Below, piece after piece: positions 6,209-8,992 of a stretch of DNA of 8,992 nt. The translations under genes and the position numbers were made by a program. The notes beneath the pieces were generated by a model. It did no database searches. It was not told the DNA's origin and worked only from the letters and a program-made list of their open reading frames with translations. The stretch comes from a virus (lineage: Duplodnaviria > Heunggongvirae > Uroviricota > Caudoviricetes): the IMG/VR virus record IMGVR_UViG_2695420728_000019, positions 1 to 8,992 of that record; one strand, written 5' to 3'. Each line of letters begins with the position of its first letter. Position 1 is the first letter of the stretch.

Positions 6209-6306
6209 AGCTGCCTCGATACTCTCGTTATCGTTGGTGGTTAGACGCCCCGTATGTGTTTCCGGCACTGCGGGGCGTTGCTCTTTGTATTTCAACAATC
6301 CTTTCG

Positions 6307-6339
6307 GTGTGTTTCATGTTATGAGCGCATGAAACACAC
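6307..6339. promoter_or_regulatory. Operator-like perfect palindrome GTGTGTTTCATG-N9-CATGAAACACAC overlapping a minus-strand promoter (-35 TTGACG 6339-6344, 17-bp spacer, -10 TAACAT 6316-6321)
   Basis: Arms 6307-6318 and 6328-6339 are exact reverse complements. A third copy of the half-site (TGAAACACAC, 6375-6384) lies at the -10/+1 region of the divergent plus-strand promoter. Confidence 0.5.
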
Positions 6340-6346
6340 GTCAAGG

Positions 6347-6384
6347 CTTTTTGTATTTCTTTTTTTGTGTATACTGAAACACAC
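6347..6384 (+). promoter_or_regulatory. Candidate promoter for the plus-strand gene at 6406: TG-adjacent -10 TATACT (6370-6375) with a weak T-rich -35; operator half-site at 6375-6384
   Basis: TGTATACT read directly; AGGAG RBS at 6393-6397, 8 nt before the ATG at 6406. The -35 is poor, so the assignment is tentative. Confidence 0.4.
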
Positions 6385-6405
6385 CGATGATTAGGAGTTT
6401 CAGAA

Positions 6406-6711
6406 ATGGCAACGGCTAACAAAAACGCAAAATCACAACTGACAACTGTCAGAGTCCCACTAGATGTTATGCAAGGGATGGAATCCGTTAAGCTGGACGG
6501 CGAAAGCAATGCCGGATTTATCGTAACCGCCATGCGCGGAGAAATAGCCCGCCGCCAAGCAGAAGGCAGCGGAGAAAATCCCCTTGTGTCGTCACTGGAT
6601 GCCCTGGCTAAGGTCGAACAAATCGGCATCAAAGCAGCGGAAGAAATCGGGCAGCTTGTCACCGTTGCACGCGAAGAACTCCAGCGTCGCAAGACCAAAG
6701 AACCAGAGTAA
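6406..6711 (+). CDS. Small regulator candidate with ribbon-helix-helix-like N-terminus (101 aa); divergent from the leftward operon
   Basis: Strong RBS AGGAG. N-terminal TTVRVPLDVMQGMESVKLDGESNAGFIVTAMRGEIARRQ has the strand-helix-loop-helix pattern of Arc/MetJ/CopG-type domains (inferred by eye); C-terminal half is helical and charged. Only plus-strand gene in the island core. Confidence 0.6.
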   Translation: MATANKNAKSQLTTVRVPLDVMQGMESVKLDGESNAGFIVTAMRGEIARRQAEGSGENPLVSSLDALAKVEQIGIKAAEEIGQLVTVAREELQRRKTKEPE

Positions 6712-6768
6712 TCACCATCAGCGCCGTGGTGTGAGGTATTACGGCGCATTGCTATGCAGGACAACACA

Positions 6769-6942
6769 ATGACCGATAAAGAATTGACCAAAACATTATC
6801 ACCGGCACGGAAAAGACGGCGCAGAAAGATAGAGCATGAATCAGAAAGATTCGCGCCATGTGCTTTTGCCCTTGAGCAATTCCTTAAAGAGTACAGGGAA
6901 AAGCGCTCATTGCAGGCATGGCAACGAACTGAACCAGACTGA
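6769..6942 (+). CDS. Possible small basic protein (57 aa, contains KRRRRK); low confidence
   Basis: ATG at 6769 with AGGA 8 nt upstream; lies between the RHH-like gene and the terminator at 7038. No family recognised; could be non-coding. Confidence 0.25.
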   Translation: MTDKELTKTLSPARKRRRRKIEHESERFAPCAFALEQFLKEYREKRSLQAWQRTEPD

Positions 6943-7037
6943 TAGCATTGCCCACCAGCCTGATAGCGGCTATCATCCCCGTGCTTATGTTTGGGATCAC
7001 ATACACATAAGGCGCAGCGGGTTATCTGTTCAGAAAG

Positions 7038-7065
7038 GCGGCTCCATTTCGGGGCCGCTTTTTTT
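7038..7065 (+). terminator. Rho-independent terminator (GCGGCTCC-ATTTC-GGGGCCGC then T7), probably bidirectional between the convergent plus-strand unit and alpA
   Basis: Stem 7038-7045/7051-7058 with one G-U wobble, T-tract 7059-7065. An A-tract precedes it, so the minus-strand transcript also gets hairpin plus U-run. Confidence 0.6.
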
Positions 7066-7211
7066 ATGCCTGAAAAACCCCAATTTTGTGGTTTTCCAGT
7101 CTCACCAGGGCGAACGAATCCCCGCCCACGTTCTGGCGTATATTCAATCTTCATGGTTATAGCTCTGTGTTCAGATGATTGATGTGTGGCGGCTGCGTGC
7201 CGCCAGCGTGA

Positions 7212-7400
7212 TTAATGAACTGCCTTGCAGCTATCCTTCCAGGCCAGAACCTCGGATAAAGACCAGCCAACGGAACGACCGCCAAGTTTACGACGTGATG
7301 GGAATTGTCCGGCCTTTTCCAGGCGGTAGCGACATGTACGGCTAAGGCCGGTTAGTTTTTCGCATTCTTTTTCACGTATAAACCGATCAGTGCTTAACAC
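7212..7400 (-). CDS. alpA: AlpA-family transcriptional regulator / excisionase-like protein (62 aa)
   Basis: LTGLSRTCRYRLEKAGQFPSRRKLGGRSVGWSLSEVLAWK matches the AlpA (Phage_AlpA) helix-turn-helix signature. Start is a GTG at 7398-7400 with AAGGGGG RBS 5 nt upstream. Lies immediately downstream of int. Confidence 0.8.
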   Translation of the reverse strand: MLSTDRFIREKECEKLTGLSRTCRYRLEKAGQFPSRRKLGGRSVGWSLSEVLAWKDSCKAVH

Positions 7401-7559
7401 TATTGCCCCCTTTCGTTTCTTAAAGAGTTATTTCGTGTTCTATTGCGTTGGGATGTGTCTGATTGTGTCAGGATGATTCAGAGTTGGCAAATGTTGAGGT
7501 CGTATGGTTTACAGAAACAGGAATAATCAGGATAAAATCATTTAAATTCATGTTAATAT

Positions 7560-7588
7560 AAAGGCATAAAATATTGTTTCATGCCTTT
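7560..7588 (-). terminator. AU-rich hairpin (AAAGGCAT-N13-ATGCCTTT) about 190 bp downstream of int; weak candidate int terminator
   Basis: 8-bp inverted repeat 7560-7567/7581-7588 in a very AT-rich intergenic region; flanking runs of A/T on both sides. Confidence 0.25.
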
Positions 7589-7741
7589 TTTCTCGCTATT
7601 TAAAGAGTGATTCGCTAGTGTATAAAAAACCAGTAACACATTAAAAATCAGCTACTTATAAATCCGTACACTTTTTCGCCTCTTGTTCGTAGTTGTTCCG
7701 CATTGTTGCTCATTGTTGCATGTTGTATCTGTTCGCATATC

Positions 7742-7757
7742 CAGTATGCGCATACTG
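7742..7757. promoter_or_regulatory. Perfect 16-bp palindrome CAGTATGCGCATACTG just 3' of the int stop, adjacent to phased TTGTT repeats (7683-7725)
   Basis: Sequence equals its own reverse complement. No flanking T-tract in terminator geometry, so more likely a protein-binding site. Confidence 0.35.
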
Positions 7758-7774
7758 AAAAAACACGAAAAAAA

Positions 7775-8992
7775 TTATTTTCTTCTGGCTACTGGTAGCG
7801 TGGTTACGTTTTCATGTGTTCCCGCCAGTATCCCTAACCGCTCCGTCCACATATCCAGCGCATTGCGTTTAGCATCCAGATAACGGGAATGATTATAAAC
7901 TCGCTGCATTCCTGGCATCTGATGACCTGTAAGCTGCTCCACGACATGCGGATCAACGCCTAAATCGTTCAGCATGGTTGTAAAGGTGCGCCGGATGTCA
8001 TGCAGTGACCAGTGAGGATGATTAAGCCTCCTGTGCGCTAATCTTCCATACTGCGATACGCTGGCCTCCTGTTTCGCTTCCCCCAGCAATAAGCCCGTGT
8101 GCCTGTTCTGCTCCACCAGCTGCGTGACGAACGGCAGGATCGCTTCCGGTATGGGCCGGAATATTGCGACCTTCGTTTTGCTGTGCTCCTTCGGAACGGT
8201 CCATAGCATTTCCGTAAAATCCCACTCCCCGATCTCCGATAGCCTCAGTTCTACCGTCCTGGCTCCGAAGACAATCAGGAGGCGGATTAACGCGACGTAG
8301 TAAGGGGAAAATATTTTTTTGTCCAGTGCCTGCAATAATTCGCCAAGTTCTTTGTTACTTAAGACACGTTCGCTTATATCCGGTTTTTTCCCAACGTCCG
8401 CCACGTTCAGATCGTCCAGAACGTTGCTGATTGCATAGCGCCGCCTACGGCAAAACTTAAGCGCCTGTTTGCACGCCTGTAGCACGAATCCGGCAGTAAC
8501 AGGCGTTCGCTTTGCCACCTGGTCAAAACAGGCCAGCCAGTGCCGTAGCTCGCATTTATCCAGCGGCATAGCACCAATCTGCTGTATTACGTGATTATTA
8601 AGTCGCCTTTTCAGGGCGATATAATCCACGCGGTTTTCCTTTACGTAATACTCAAGCCAGTAGGTGAGCGCATCGCCAACCGTTACGGGCTTTAACGCTT
8701 CCTGTACGGTGTAATTCATCTCATGACGTGGATTTTTCCCCTCAGCCAGCCATGTGCGACACTGTGCGGCTTTTTCCCTGGCTACTTTCAGGCTCAGATC
8801 AGGATAACTTCCCAGCTTAATGCGTTCGGGTCGTGTCTCCCTTCCCGTTCCGGCCCTGTATGTGAAATACCAGGTCAATTTCCCTGATGTTAAATATTTC
8901 ACGCTCAGGTTTCCGCCATCACTATAAAACGTGTTTTTCTCCGCTGGCTTACCATGAAGTTTCCTTAGCAAGGTATCGCTCAGTTTGTTCAT
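7775..8992 (-). CDS. int: Tyrosine-type site-specific integrase, P4-like (405 aa)
   Basis: N-terminal arm-binding-type domain (LSVKYLTSGKLTWYFTYRAGTGRETRPERIKLGSY) and C-terminal catalytic blocks (HDIRRTF, GHQMPGMQRVYNHSRY with the catalytic Tyr). The ATG is the last three bases of the window (8990-8992). Confidence 0.9.
   Translation of the reverse strand: MNKLSDTLLRKLHGKPAEKNTFYSDGGNLSVKYLTSGKLTWYFTYRAGTGRETRPERIKLGSYPDLSLKVAREKAAQCRTWLAEGKNPRHEMNYTVQEALKPVTVGDALTYWLEYYVKENRVDYIALKRRLNNHVIQQIGAMPLDKCELRHWLACFDQVAKRTPVTAGFVLQACKQALKFCRRRRYAISNVLDDLNVADVGKKPDISERVLSNKELGELLQALDKKIFSPYYVALIRLLIVFGARTVELRLSEIGEWDFTEMLWTVPKEHSKTKVAIFRPIPEAILPFVTQLVEQNRHTGLLLGEAKQEASVSQYGRLAHRRLNHPHWSLHDIRRTFTTMLNDLGVDPHVVEQLTGHQMPGMQRVYNHSRYLDAKRNALDMWTERLGILAGTHENVTTLPVARRK

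Larger units (their letters stand above)
1..8992 (-). mobile_element. Partial phage satellite / cf-PICI-like chromosomal island (integrase-proximal end); continues beyond both window edges
   Basis: Co-linear minus-strand module of P4-type integrase, AlpA, Icd-like genes, AAA_25 replication protein, iteron origin, SSB, HK97 major capsid protein and prohead protease. Intrinsic terminators sit between modules. Family calls are from motifs read in the translations, not from searches. Confidence 0.6.

Noticed and set aside
6307-6360. The 6307-6339 palindrome as a rho-independent terminator on the plus strand, since a T-rich stretch follows it
   Set aside because: There is no upstream plus-strand gene to terminate, and the downstream T-run is interrupted. 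Overlap with a good minus-strand -35/-10 and recurrence of the half-site at the divergent promoter favour an operator role, though an RNA-level function cannot be excluded.
6228-7154. 308-aa minus-strand ORF
   Set aside because: Antisense to the well-supported plus-strand gene at 6406-6711 and runs across the terminator at 7038-7065 and the promoter/operator region. Translation is Cys/Ser/Arg-rich and low-complexity, with no RBS context. Open frame is a by-product of the opposite-strand codon bias.
7683-7883. Plus-strand 66-aa ORF
   Set aside because: Overlaps the 3' end of int on the opposite strand and is built largely from the TTGTT repeat tract; no RBS.

Overview
The window is essentially one mobile element: the integrase-proximal ~9 kb of a phage satellite that pairs a P4-type integrase and AlpA regulator with its own HK97-type capsid genes, an architecture matching capsid-forming phage-inducible chromosomal islands (cf-PICI-like). 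All genes but one are on the minus strand. Reading right to left: tyrosine integrase (its ATG is the last three bases of the window, so the att site lies beyond the right edge), alpA, a divergent plus-strand small gene with a ribbon-helix-helix-like N-terminus, then a tightly packed leftward operon of two Icd-like paralogs, four small ORFan genes and an AAA_25/RepA-like replication protein. This is followed by an iteron-type origin (about 11 copies of a CCCAC core), a small ORF, an SSB with an acidic ...DGIPF tail, a PerC-like regulator and an intrinsic terminator. A ~240 bp structured control region then precedes an HK97-fold major capsid protein and a prohead protease that runs off the left edge. 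All family assignments are by-eye motif recognition on the translations; no database search was possible. The main hunt results are a candidate repressor/operator switch at the divergent promoter region (6307-6384), the iteron origin, a terminator-like hairpin abutting the capsid start codon, and an operon of unassignable small genes upstream of the replication gene.
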